From Thermoplasmata archaeon (lineage in GTDB: Archaea > Thermoplasmatota > Thermoplasmata > Lutacidiplasmatales > UBA184), in NCBI GenBank assembly GCA_035502035.1, contig DATJUZ010000049.1:5475-69474 (forward strand): a DNA stretch of 64,000 nucleotides, given 5' to 3'. Below, piece after piece: positions 55,634 through 64,000 of the stretch. Numbering within the stretch: the first letter of the stretch is position 1; every line of letters begins with the position of its first letter. Under the pieces are notes generated by a model, which was given only the letters and a program-made list of their open reading frames with translations, made no database searches and had not been told where the DNA came from. Made by a program: the position numbers and the translations under genes.

Positions 55634-56506
55634 GTGGCACGCCTGCGGCGGGTGCACGCCCCGGGGCGTCGGGAGTTTGAGTACATCGCCCAGGGGACCG
55701 GGCCGGCGACCCTGCTCGTCCACCCGGGCGGCCCCGGCCTGACCTACCACTACCTGCGGGGCCTGCTGCGGCTCGCGTCGGCGAACCTGCGGGTCGTCCT
55801 GTTCAACCCGCGCGGCGTCGGTCACAGCTGGGCGCCGCGGCGCGCCGCCGAGTACACCGTCGCGAACCTCGCCGAGGACGTCGAGGCGATCCGCCGCGCC
55901 CTCCGCATCCGCGAGCTCCACCTGCTCGGTTTCTCGGCCGGCGGGTTCGTGGCGCTCGAGTACGCGCACCGCTACGAGCGTCACCTCACGTCGCTGCTGC
56001 TCTGCGCGACGGCCGGCAGCGCGGAGGAGGTCCGCCAGGCGAACCGTCGGATGGTCGCCGCCGCCTCTCCCGGCCAGAGGGCCCGTCTGCGCGAGCTCAC
56101 GCGCGCCCGGGCGTTCGGCAGCCCGGAGTACGTCGCGCTCGTGGAGGCGATCCAGCGGCCGTTCCAGGCTCGGTTCCTGCGGAGCTGGCCCCAGGACTGG
56201 AAGGCGACGCGCGCCGCCCCCGCGGTCTACCGGGCGATGGTCTGCCGCTCGGGGGACGAGTTCGAGGTCGACGGGACGCTCGCGCGCTGGGACGGCCGGC
56301 GCTACTACTCGAGGATCGAGGTCCCGACCGCGGTCGTCGTCGGTCGGTACGACTACTTCTTCGAGGCGGCGGTCGAGGCGAACGAGCGGATCGAGCCGGC
56401 CCACCTGCGGGTGCTCCCGCGGTCGAGCCACCTCGCGATCCTCGAGCAGCCCCGGGAGTTCGTCGGGACGGTCCGCGAGTTCCTCGGCGATGTGACCGGC
56501 GGCTGA
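55634..56506 (+). CDS. Proline iminopeptidase-family alpha/beta hydrolase
   Basis: HPGGPG, nucleophile elbow GFSAGG, GRYD and SSHL motifs. Confidence 0.85.
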   Translation: MARLRRVHAPGRREFEYIAQGTGPATLLVHPGGPGLTYHYLRGLLRLASANLRVVLFNPRGVGHSWAPRRAAEYTVANLAEDVEAIRRALRIRELHLLGFSAGGFVALEYAHRYERHLTSLLLCATAGSAEEVRQANRRMVAAASPGQRARLRELTRARAFGSPEYVALVEAIQRPFQARFLRSWPQDWKATRAAPAVYRAMVCRSGDEFEVDGTLARWDGRRYYSRIEVPTAVVVGRYDYFFEAAVEANERIEPAHLRVLPRSSHLAILEQPREFVGTVREFLGDVTGG

Positions 56507-56568
56507 GCCGGCCGCTCCCGTCGAACGTATAGCGCCTCCCTCCGTAGGAGGGGGGAGGACGGGCGACG

Positions 56569-57264
56569 ATGGCACCGGGAACGACGGGCGGCAGCGTCGA
56601 CCCCACGACGATCCGCCTCCGACTCACGCCCGCGGCGCGCGAGGCGCTCGCCGGGGCGCTCGCCGGTCGGACCGACGGCTTCGGGGTCCGGCTCTGGGTC
56701 GAGCGGGGGATGCGCCCCCACGCCCAGATGATGCTCGACCGGCCGAGCGTGCGCGACGTCCCGGTGACGGTCGACGGGGTACCGATGCTGGTCGACGAGG
56801 CGAGCATCGCCTTCCTGCGCGACGCCGAGGTGCGGTACCGGTCCGACGTCCAGCCGGCCGGCTTCGAGGTCGTCGGACCGTTCCTGCCGTCCCGGCTCGC
56901 GGCCCCCGAGGGGGCGGCGCCATCGCCCGGTCCGTCCTCCGCGCCGTCCGACGGCCCCCACGCCGCCGCGGAGGGAAAGGTGCGCGAGGCGCTCCGGAAC
57001 GTCTACGACCCCGAGATCCCGATGAACGTCGTCGACCTCGGGCTGATCTACGGCCTCGCGTGGGGCGACGACGGGGCGCTCACGGTCCGGATGACGATGA
57101 CGAGCCCGGGCTGCCCGGCCGTCGAGGAGCTCGTCCGCGAGGTCGAGAAGACCGCGCAGGGCGCCTCCGGCGCCCCGAGCGTGAAGGTCGAGATCGTCTG
57201 GGAGCCCCCGTGGGGCCCCGAGAAGATGACCGACTTCGCCCGGCGCCAGTTCGGCTACGCGTAG
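56569..57264 (+). CDS. Fe-S cluster assembly protein: HesB/IscA-like N-domain fused to DUF59 (SufT/MIP18) domain
   Basis: N-terminal LTPAA...VRLWV...[14 protein letters not shown]....V.Y and C-terminal [17 protein letters not shown]...MTMTSPGCP...VWEPPW. Confidence 0.85.
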   Translation: MAPGTTGGSVDPTTIRLRLTPAAREALAGALAGRTDGFGVRLWVERGMRPHAQMMLDRPSVRDVPVTVDGVPMLVDEASIAFLRDAEVRYRSDVQPAGFEVVGPFLPSRLAAPEGAAPSPGPSSAPSDGPHAAAEGKVREALRNVYDPEIPMNVVDLGLIYGLAWGDDGALTVRMTMTSPGCPAVEELVREVEKTAQGASGAPSVKVEIVWEPPWGPEKMTDFARRQFGYA

Positions 57265-57274
57265 GCGGGCGCGC

Positions 57275-58819
57275 CTACGGCTCGGGGTTCCTCGGGAGCG
57301 GGGCGCCGCACGCCTGACACGTGCGCCGTATCGGCAGATTGGTGGAGCCGCACTTCGGACAGACCTTCGCGCCCCGGACCGAGCTCGCCGGCCCGGTCGG
57401 GGGGACCCACCGGGACATCGCCGTTCGGCGCTCGGCCTCCTCGTCGCGCCGGCGCGCCGCGGCGACCCCGATGGCGAGCACCACGCCGCTCGCGAGGCCG
57501 GCGAGCAGGCCGAGCTCCGGGGTCACCCAGGAGAACGCCGGCTTCGGGTGGACCTCGATCGCGTACGACGCCGTCGCCCGGACCCCGAGCGCGTCGGTGA
57601 CCACGCACTGCGCGACGTACGTCCCCGTGCTCCCGTAGCTCGCGCTCCCGTTCGCGTAGCTGTCCGAGCTACTGATTCGCGCGCCGTCGCCGAGCGTCCA
57701 GGCGGCCGTGGTCGGGGCGGTCCCGAGCGAGCCGGCGCACCGGAACGCGAGCGACGAGCCGACCGTGACGTTCGTCGCGCCGACGCTCGCGACGACCTTC
57801 GGGGGCGGGTTGACGAGCACGTCGACGGCCGGGGTCACGAAACGGTCGCCGGCGTGGTCGGTCACCTGGCAGCGGACGGTGTAGCCGGAGGTCGACGGTT
57901 CGGCGTAGACGTGGCTGGAGGTCCCCGAACCGGCGACGAACGAGGTCGTGCCGTTCGTGTAGTTCCAGCGGAACGTGTACGGCGCCGTGCCCCCGGACGG
58001 GTTGCACGTGAAGCCGACCAGGAGGCCCGTGTCGACGACCGCGCGCGTCTCGGTCGCCGTCGCGGTGAGCGCGGTCGCCGTTCCGGCGGTGATCGTGTTC
58101 GAGCTCGTCGTCGAGCGTCCCCCGGGCGAGCAGCCGGAGCAGGCGTCCGAGGTGTTGACGAAGAACGAGTAGCTGTGGCCGCTCAGGAGGTTCGTGACGT
58201 CGAGCAGCCGGTCGGACGGGTTGGTGATCGTCGCGTAGACGCTCAGGCTCCCGTCGTCGACCTCCTCGACCGTGTAGGCGCCGAACGTGATGCCGCCCGA
58301 GCCTCCGGGGGTGTACGTCGCGTTGTTCGTCCAGGAGAGGTTGATCGAATCCGAGGAGTTGGACGGGCTGGTGAGGTAGGCGACGCCGGGCTGGAGGGTC
58401 GAGATCACCTCGCCGTACGTCGCCACCGTCTTCGCGCCGATCCCGAGGATCCCGGCGGTCGTGCTGTAGGCGGTGACGTTCCACCAGTACGTCCCGTCCG
58501 GCTCGAGGTTCGAGACCACGGCCGCCGGGGAGCTCTCCGCCGTCACGACCGCCGCGAGCGTCCACGGGCCGGAAGCGCTCGCGTTCGAGACCCGAACGGT
58601 GTAGTTGTCGAACCCGGTGGCCGTCGACGCGGTCCAGGCGAGGCTCGCCGCGGCGGGCGACAGGCCGTTCGCGCTGACCGTGAAACCGGCCGACGGGACC
58701 GGCGCGAGCGGGGCCGACGGCGCGTCCGAGCCCCCGCTGCGGCCCGCGACGCCCAGCGCGAGCGACCCGCCGACGACGAGGACCCCCAGAAGGAGCGCGG
58801 CGTACCCGGAGCGCGACAC
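57275..58819 (-). CDS. Membrane-anchored surface protein with FN3- and PKD-like domains and a C-terminal zinc ribbon
   Basis: Signal peptide, FN3-like LAWT...[13 protein letters not shown]-like [10 protein letters not shown]...SHVY, a TM, then CPKC...CQAC. Confidence 0.8.
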   Translation of the reverse strand: MSRSGYAALLLGVLVVGGSLALGVAGRSGGSDAPSAPLAPVPSAGFTVSANGLSPAAASLAWTASTATGFDNYTVRVSNASASGPWTLAAVVTAESSPAAVVSNLEPDGTYWWNVTAYSTTAGILGIGAKTVATYGEVISTLQPGVAYLTSPSNSSDSINLSWTNNATYTPGGSGGITFGAYTVEEVDDGSLSVYATITNPSDRLLDVTNLLSGHSYSFFVNTSDACSGCSPGGRSTTSSNTITAGTATALTATATETRAVVDTGLLVGFTCNPSGGTAPYTFRWNYTNGTTSFVAGSGTSSHVYAEPSTSGYTVRCQVTDHAGDRFVTPAVDVLVNPPPKVVASVGATNVTVGSSLAFRCAGSLGTAPTTAAWTLGDGARISSSDSYANGSASYGSTGTYVAQCVVTDALGVRATASYAIEVHPKPAFSWVTPELGLLAGLASGVVLAIGVAAARRRDEEAERRTAMSRWVPPTGPASSVRGAKVCPKCGSTNLPIRRTCQACGAPLPRNPEP

Positions 58820-58915
58820 GCGCCGGTGTTGAGGCCGCGATCGGGGAGATATACCTTCCTCCGAAACGAGCGCGAGCCGCCGTCGTCGGCCGGCCCGGCC
58901 GGGCGCCGTCGTCCC

Positions 58916-60127
58916 TCAGCTCGGGGCCCCGGTCGAAGCGTCGGCCGGGAGGCGGCGCACCGCCGCACGGAACGCCCAGCTCCCCGCGATCGTCGTCACG
59001 AGCGAGGTCAGGACGATCGCGGCGAGCTCGGACTGGTCGAACAGACCGCTCGACAGCCCGATCGCCCCGACAACGAGGCCGATCTCCCCGCGGGGGATCA
59101 TGCCGACCGCGACCGCCCGTGCGGCGACGCCCTCCCGCAGCTTCGCGCGCGCGAAGCCGTAGACGCCGGCGAGCTTGCCGACGACGGCGAGCGCGGCGAG
59201 GCCGAGCGACGCCGCGACGAGGGTCGGGACGAGCAGGTCGTGGACGTCGAACTCCGCGCCGACGACCACGAAGAACAGCGCCCCGAAGAAGACGAGGAGC
59301 ACCTCGGTGAGCTCGCGCGTCCGCTCGGCGACGAGGCTCTCGGCGACCGCGATCCCGGCGATGAACGCGCCGATCACCGCGGAGAAGCCGAGCCCGACGA
59401 CGATCGCGACGAGGACGAACAGGAACAGGAACGGCATCCCCCGCGTCGCGCGGAGCGCCGGCAGGCGCAGCAGCCGCGGGATCACGATCACCGCGGCGAC
59501 CAGGAGCACGAGCCAGGCGACCGCCGACTCGGCGACGCTCCCCGTGACGGCGAGGACGTCGACGTGGCCGCCGACGATCGTCAGCACGACGCTGAGGAGG
59601 ATGAGCGCCACGACGTCGTCGAGCGCCGCGGCGTTGAGCAGCAGGCGGCCGGCGGGCGTCTCGCCGACGCGCTCGGAGCTCCGGAGCGAGGCGACCACGG
59701 CGGCGCTCGTCGGCGCGGCGGCGACGCCGAGCAGGAGCGCGGTGTCGAGCGGGACGAACCGCGACGCGACGAGCGCGACCAGGGCGAACGGCGCGAGGTC
59801 CCCGGCCAGCGCGGCGCCGACGGCGGCGGCCCCGGCCTCGCGGAGGCTTCGGACCCCGCTGCCGAGCCCGGCGGCGAACAGCAGCAGGATCACGGAGAGG
59901 TCGGCGAACAGCTGGACGTCGGTCCCGGTGCCGAAGAGCGGCACGCCGACCAGGCGGTTGAGCACGCCGCCGACCGCGAAGTTGCTCAGCACGATCCCGA
60001 GCAGGATCCAGGCGACGACCGGGGGGATCCGGGCCCGCTCCGCGAGGGGAACGAGCAGCTCCGCGAGCGCGAGGAAGACGAACACCTCGAGGAGCGCGTA
60101 CTCGCCGACCACGGGGACGCTGGTCAT
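58916..60127 (-). CDS. Cation:proton antiporter (CPA2)
   Basis: [33 protein letters not shown] and GMIPRGE motifs. Confidence 0.92.
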   Translation of the reverse strand: MTSVPVVGEYALLEVFVFLALAELLVPLAERARIPPVVAWILLGIVLSNFAVGGVLNRLVGVPLFGTGTDVQLFADLSVILLLFAAGLGSGVRSLREAGAAAVGAALAGDLAPFALVALVASRFVPLDTALLLGVAAAPTSAAVVASLRSSERVGETPAGRLLLNAAALDDVVALILLSVVLTIVGGHVDVLAVTGSVAESAVAWLVLLVAAVIVIPRLLRLPALRATRGMPFLFLFVLVAIVVGLGFSAVIGAFIAGIAVAESLVAERTRELTEVLLVFFGALFFVVVGAEFDVHDLLVPTLVAASLGLAALAVVGKLAGVYGFARAKLREGVAARAVAVGMIPRGEIGLVVGAIGLSSGLFDQSELAAIVLTSLVTTIAGSWAFRAAVRRLPADASTGAPS

Positions 60128-60286
60128 GCGGACGCACGCCTCGGCGCGGCAGCCGGGCCGAACGGAAAAGCGTCCCGGCGCGGCCGGACGACGGCCGGCG
60201 GCGTTCCCCAAAACTCAAATAATGTACCCCAAGTGGCCGAGGCCTTGACGGCCGCCGCTCTCATCGCGGCGCCCGGGAAGAGCAGC

Positions 60287-60511
60287 GTGAGCGACCGGTC
60301 GACCCCCCAGGCCCGGTCCCGGGAGGAGTACACCCGGTTCGAGCGCGCCCGCATCCTCGGCGCCCGCGCGCTGCAGGTCTCCCTCGGGGCGCCGATCCTG
60401 ATCGACGTGCCGCCGACCCTCGTCGACCCGGTGGAGATCGCCGAACGGGAGTTCGCCGCCGCCCGGATCCCGATCACGGTGCGCCGCAAGCCGGGCAGCC
60501 CGGCGTCCTAG
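60287..60511 (+). CDS. rpo6: DNA-directed RNA polymerase subunit K (Rpo6)
   Basis: [22 protein letters not shown]...[10 protein letters not shown]...IPITVRR. The start may instead be the in-frame TTG at 60245. Confidence 0.93.
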   Translation: MSDRSTPQARSREEYTRFERARILGARALQVSLGAPILIDVPPTLVDPVEIAEREFAAARIPITVRRKPGSPAS

Positions 60512-61293
60512 AGCCCGGCCTGGTCGAGGGCCCGGGCGCACGCGCAGCGCGGCTCGCGCGCAAGACCGGGGAGGAGCTCGGCGAGGACCCGGCGCATCCT
60601 CGCGGCGTTCTGCGTCATGGTCGCGACGATCTCGGCGGCGTCGACCGGCTTTTCGGCCCAGACGTCGAAGTCGGTGACCATCGCGAGGCAGACGTAGCAG
60701 AGGCCCCGCTCCCGGGCGAGCGTCACCTCCGGCACGAGCGTCATGCCGATCACGTCGGCGAACGAGCGGAAGTAGCTCGACTCGGCGCGCGTGCTGAACC
60801 GCGGGCCCTCGACGCAGACGTACGTCTTCCCCGCCGCGAAGGGGCTCGCGCACCGCCGGCCGGCGTCGGCGGCGGCGTCCGACAGCTCCGGGCAGAACGG
60901 GTCGGCCATCGAGACGTGGTAGACGCGGCCGCCGTCGAAGAACGTCGTCGGCCGCTGCCGGGTGAGGTCGACGAACTGCGACGGGAGCACGAACGTTCCC
61001 GGCGGGAGCTCCTCCCGCAGCGAGCCGACCGAGCTGACCGTCACGATCGCCTCGGCGCCGAGCTCCCGCAGGGCGTCGATGTTCGCGCGGTAGTTGACCC
61101 GGTGCGGGGGGATCGAGTGGCCGGGACCGTGCCGCGCGAGGTAGAGGACGCGCACCCCCCCGACCCGGCCCTCCTCGATCGGTCCGGACGGAGGGCCCCA
61201 GGGCGTCGCGACGCGGTGGAGCTTCGGCTCGCCCTCGAGGACGCCCCCGACGCCGGAGCCGCCGATCACGCCGATCGTGGACCGCGCGCTCAC
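60508..61293 (-). CDS. mtnP: S-methyl-5'-thioadenosine phosphorylase
   Basis: [40 protein letters not shown] and VTDFD motifs. Confidence 0.92.
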   Translation of the reverse strand: MSARSTIGVIGGSGVGGVLEGEPKLHRVATPWGPPSGPIEEGRVGGVRVLYLARHGPGHSIPPHRVNYRANIDALRELGAEAIVTVSSVGSLREELPPGTFVLPSQFVDLTRQRPTTFFDGGRVYHVSMADPFCPELSDAAADAGRRCASPFAAGKTYVCVEGPRFSTRAESSYFRSFADVIGMTLVPEVTLARERGLCYVCLAMVTDFDVWAEKPVDAAEIVATMTQNAARMRRVLAELLPGLAREPRCACARALDQAGL

Positions 61294-61952
61294 GGGGAGC
61301 GGCCCCCGCGGTCGGCCGACGGCCGGGCCCGCGCGAGGAACCGCGCCATCACCACCTCGCCCCGCGTCCGCTCGACCAGCGTCCGCGCCTGGTCCTGCTT
61401 CGGCTTGAGCTGCACGATCGCGCGGCTCGTGTCGAACCGCAGCAGCGCCTGGGTCAGCTCCTCCATGAGGCGCAGGTGCCGTTCGGCGCCGCCGACGTCG
61501 TCGTGCCCGAGGCGCTCCAGCGCGAGGCGACGGACCTCTCCGATGACGTCGCCGAGCCCGAGCAGGTAGGGCTCCGGCTCGACGTCGAGCTCGCCGGGTC
61601 CCGGGAACGGCGCGCCGGTGACGACCGAGCCGAGGAGGCACGCCTCGACCCCCTCCTGGAGCGCGTCGTGGGCGAGCGGCTCGTCGGCCCGGCCCTCGCG
61701 CCGGAGCCGGGCCGAGAGCTCGCCGAGGGAAACGCGGACGCTCGCGAGCTCGGTCGCGTCGGCGACGCCGAGGTGGACGCGGTTCATCGTCGCCTGGGCG
61801 AGGCGCCGGAGGCGACGCGCCTGCTGGTAGAGCTCCTCGCGACGGAGCTCGCGCTGCCGCAGGTGCGTCTCGATCGACCCGAGGACCGCCTCGCCGAGCG
61901 CCGGCGGGGCCGCGCCCGAAGCGTCAGCGGAAGAGCGTGAATCGTGCTCCAT
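61290..61952 (-). CDS. Translin/TRAX (C3PO-like) family protein
   Basis: ALQEGVEA and YLLGLGDVIGEVRR acidic motifs, plus LKPKQD.AR..VE. Confidence 0.85.
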   Translation of the reverse strand: MEHDSRSSADASGAAPPALGEAVLGSIETHLRQRELRREELYQQARRLRRLAQATMNRVHLGVADATELASVRVSLGELSARLRREGRADEPLAHDALQEGVEACLLGSVVTGAPFPGPGELDVEPEPYLLGLGDVIGEVRRLALERLGHDDVGGAERHLRLMEELTQALLRFDTSRAIVQLKPKQDQARTLVERTRGEVVMARFLARARPSADRGGRSP

Positions 61953-62226
61953 CGTTCTGTCCGTCCAGGAGACCGAGCCGGACGCCCGCGTCGAGCCAGC
62001 CGTGCGCGTAGCTGACCGCGGCGAGCGCCCGGTCTCGGTCGCCGCTCGCCGAGAAATGCTCCGCGTCCGCGAGGTAGGCCCGGGCCATCGCGAGCACGTC
62101 GTCCGACCCCCCGCGCAGGAACGACCGCTCCGGCACCCCGGGGCGGACGACCGCGAGCGCCTCCCGGGTCAGGCGCAGGTAGCGCTCGAGCAGGGTCCCG
62201 GCAGGGTCGACCGGCGGCTCGCTCAT
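61924..62226 (-). CDS. DUF357 domain protein
   Basis: [12 protein letters not shown]...[18 protein letters not shown] motif. Confidence 0.88.
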   Translation of the reverse strand: MSEPPVDPAGTLLERYLRLTREALAVVRPGVPERSFLRGGSDDVLAMARAYLADAEHFSASGDRDRALAAVSYAHGWLDAGVRLGLLDGQNDGARFTLFR

Positions 62227-62870
62227 CCCTTCGGGACCTTCTCCCAGTCCTTGAGGAACCGGGCGAGCCCCAGGTCGGTGAGGGGATGCTGGACGAGCTT
62301 CTCCATGACCGCGAACGGCATCGTCGCGATGTCGGCCCCGATCTTCGCGGCGTCGACGACGTGCATCGGGTGGCGCACGCTGGCGACCAGCACCTTGGTC
62401 GCGACCTTGTAGTTGCGGTAGATCGTCACGATCTCGCGGATCAGCTCCATGCCGTCCTGCCCCTGGTCGTCCAGGCGGCCGATGAACGGGCTCGCGTACG
62501 TCGCGCCGACCTTGGCGGCGAGGAGCGCCTGGTTCGCGCTGAAGACGAGCGTCATGTTGACGCGCGTTCCCTCGCTCGCGAGGATCCGGGTCGCCTTCAG
62601 CCCGGCGGGCGTCATCGGGACCTTGACGTAGATCGACGGGTGCATCTCCCGCAGGCGCCGCCCCTCACGGAGCATCCCCTCCGTGTCGGTCGCGACGACC
62701 TCCGCCGAGACCGACGGCACGCCGAGCGCGCAGATCTCGCGCAGGACCGCGTCGAACGTCCGGCCCTCCTTCGCGACCAGGGTCGGGTTCGTCGTGACCC
62801 CGTCCAGGATGCCGATCTCCCACATCGTCTTGATCTCGGTCACGCTCGCCGTGTCCAGGAACAGCTGCAT
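62223..62870 (-). CDS. tal: Transaldolase / fructose-6-phosphate aldolase
   Basis: [40 protein letters not shown] and HPLTD.GL motifs. Confidence 0.92.
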   Translation of the reverse strand: MQLFLDTASVTEIKTMWEIGILDGVTTNPTLVAKEGRTFDAVLREICALGVPSVSAEVVATDTEGMLREGRRLREMHPSIYVKVPMTPAGLKATRILASEGTRVNMTLVFSANQALLAAKVGATYASPFIGRLDDQGQDGMELIREIVTIYRNYKVATKVLVASVRHPMHVVDAAKIGADIATMPFAVMEKLVQHPLTDLGLARFLKDWEKVPKG

Positions 62871-62909
62871 CGCCGACCTTCCGATTCCGGCCGCGGCTAG
62901 CCGCGTTCC

Positions 62910-63845
62910 CTACTCAACCTTGCCGCGTAGGCGGAGCAGCTCCCAGGCGGCGTCCACGAGCCGCGGCACGCCGAGCGGCCCGCCGACCAGCCCCTCGGGC
63001 TCGCCGTCGGGCTCCCCCGGGCCGATCCGACGGATCGGGATCGGGTGGTTCTCGGCGGTGATCGTCGCCACGAGCGTCCCCACCCCCGTCGGGAGGGGCG
63101 CCGGCTCGACGACCAGGATCGCCCCCGTCTCCCGCGCGGCGCGGACGATCGATGCCTGGTCGAACGGCTTCAGCGAGGCGACGTCCAGCACCCGGGCCGA
63201 GACCCCGACGCGCTCGAGCTCCCCGGCCGTCCCCAGAGCGGGGACGAGCGCGGACCCGTACGCCACGATCGCCAGGTCGGCCCCCGCGCGGCGCTCGACG
63301 GCGCGGCCGAGGACGAAGCTGCCGTCGGTGCAGGTCCTCGCGGTCGGCTCCGGCAGTCGGAGGTAGCACGGGCCCTCCCGAGCGGCGAGCGCCTCGATGG
63401 CGGTGCGTGCGCTCGGGCCGTCGGCGGGGGCGACCACCGTCGTCCCCGGGAGGCTGCGAACGAGGGAGAGGTCGTGTCGGTCGGCGTCCGTCGGTCGGCC
63501 CCTCCCGCCTTCCGGGGCGGTCGCGAGGAAGCGGACCGGGGCGCGGAGGGCGATCGCGGGTCGGACCACCTCCTCCAGGCCCGGACCCATCAGGAACGCC
63601 GCCGGGGCCCGCACGAAGAGCGCGGGGGAGCCCGCGGACGACCCGGCGAGAGCGTCCCGGGCCGCCGCGGGCGTGGCGGTCGACAGACGGTAGCGTCCGG
63701 GGTAGCGGGAGGCGAACGACGGGGCCGCGGGCGCCGTGCCGATCTCGACGACCGCGAACCCGTGACCGGCCTCCGCGGCGGCGACCCACGCCTCGTCCGC
63801 AGGGTCGCGCGCGGTCGGCTCCGCGCCGGCGCTCCGTGAGGCCAT
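62910..63845 (-). CDS. Transketolase C-terminal subunit-like protein, degenerate
   Basis: RSLPGTTVVAPAD, GPCYLRL, G.DLAIVAYG and SLKPFD motifs are present. The GIAEQ and DGxTHQ motifs are absent. Confidence 0.75.
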   Translation of the reverse strand: MASRSAGAEPTARDPADEAWVAAAEAGHGFAVVEIGTAPAAPSFASRYPGRYRLSTATPAAARDALAGSSAGSPALFVRAPAAFLMGPGLEEVVRPAIALRAPVRFLATAPEGGRGRPTDADRHDLSLVRSLPGTTVVAPADGPSARTAIEALAAREGPCYLRLPEPTARTCTDGSFVLGRAVERRAGADLAIVAYGSALVPALGTAGELERVGVSARVLDVASLKPFDQASIVRAARETGAILVVEPAPLPTGVGTLVATITAENHPIPIRRIGPGEPDGEPEGLVGGPLGVPRLVDAAWELLRLRGKVE

Positions 63846-63870
63846 CACGCCGGCCAGCCGAGCACGGCTC

Positions 63871-63999
63871 TTAGGGTGCGCGTCCGCGGCTCGGTCGGCT
63901 CGGGCCTCGGGAGGAGCCGCGTCTCGCGCCGGCCGCTCGGCGGGGTCGCCCGGGCGGGCCCCCCGAGCCTCCGAGACGGCGCAGCGTGGCGAGGTCCTC
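63871..63999 (-). pseudogene. 3' end of a possible truncated transketolase N-terminal subunit (5' part outside the window)
   Basis: Reads EDLATLRRLGGSGG... to TAA. This resembles the EEL.TLR.LGS motif normally found near residue 90 of that subunit. Confidence 0.4.
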
Positions 64000-64000
64000 C

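Noticed and set aside
421..63874. Many long Arg/Pro/Gly/Ala-rich ORFs in the track (e.g. 7841..11584, 36997..39663, 40795..43368, most of 57548..60511)
   Set aside because: These are antisense or alternate-frame shadows of recognisable genes, caused by stop-codon scarcity at high GC. They carry no family motifs.

Overview
This is a very GC-rich, gene-dense archaeal chromosome segment. Rpo6, L40e, Pcc1, archease, TrmI, geranylgeranyl reductase, a DUF3198-like protein and thermopsin-type surface repeats point to class Thermoplasmata (inference). It holds about 55 CDS and one tRNA-Gly(GCC). Main blocks: (1) a radical SAM gene downstream of two paralogous Met/Glu-rich polytopic membrane proteins, one fused to a NapH/CcoG-like 4Fe-4S module; (2) two secreted repeat-rich surface proteins; (3) an argG-argH-lysW-X-Y-Z-J-K operon with a divergent ACT-domain gene; (4) a glycosidase, ABC, flavin reductase, TrxR, ferredoxin and GGR cluster; (5) ETF fusion, bactofilin-like gene and ileS; (6) serA plus a class V aminotransferase; (7) a MoxR/DUF58/2xDUF4129 cluster; (8) a transketolase-like, transaldolase, DUF357, translin and MTAP run. 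I saw no transposase, integrase, prophage or CRISPR array. The most notable oddities are: lysZ has no canonical start and follows the lysY TAG stop in frame; pcc1 appears to start at CTG; the membrane Fe-S/Met-rich pair may handle copper or redox; and several enzyme-family members look catalytically degenerate. Family assignments come from motif recognition by eye, with no database searches.
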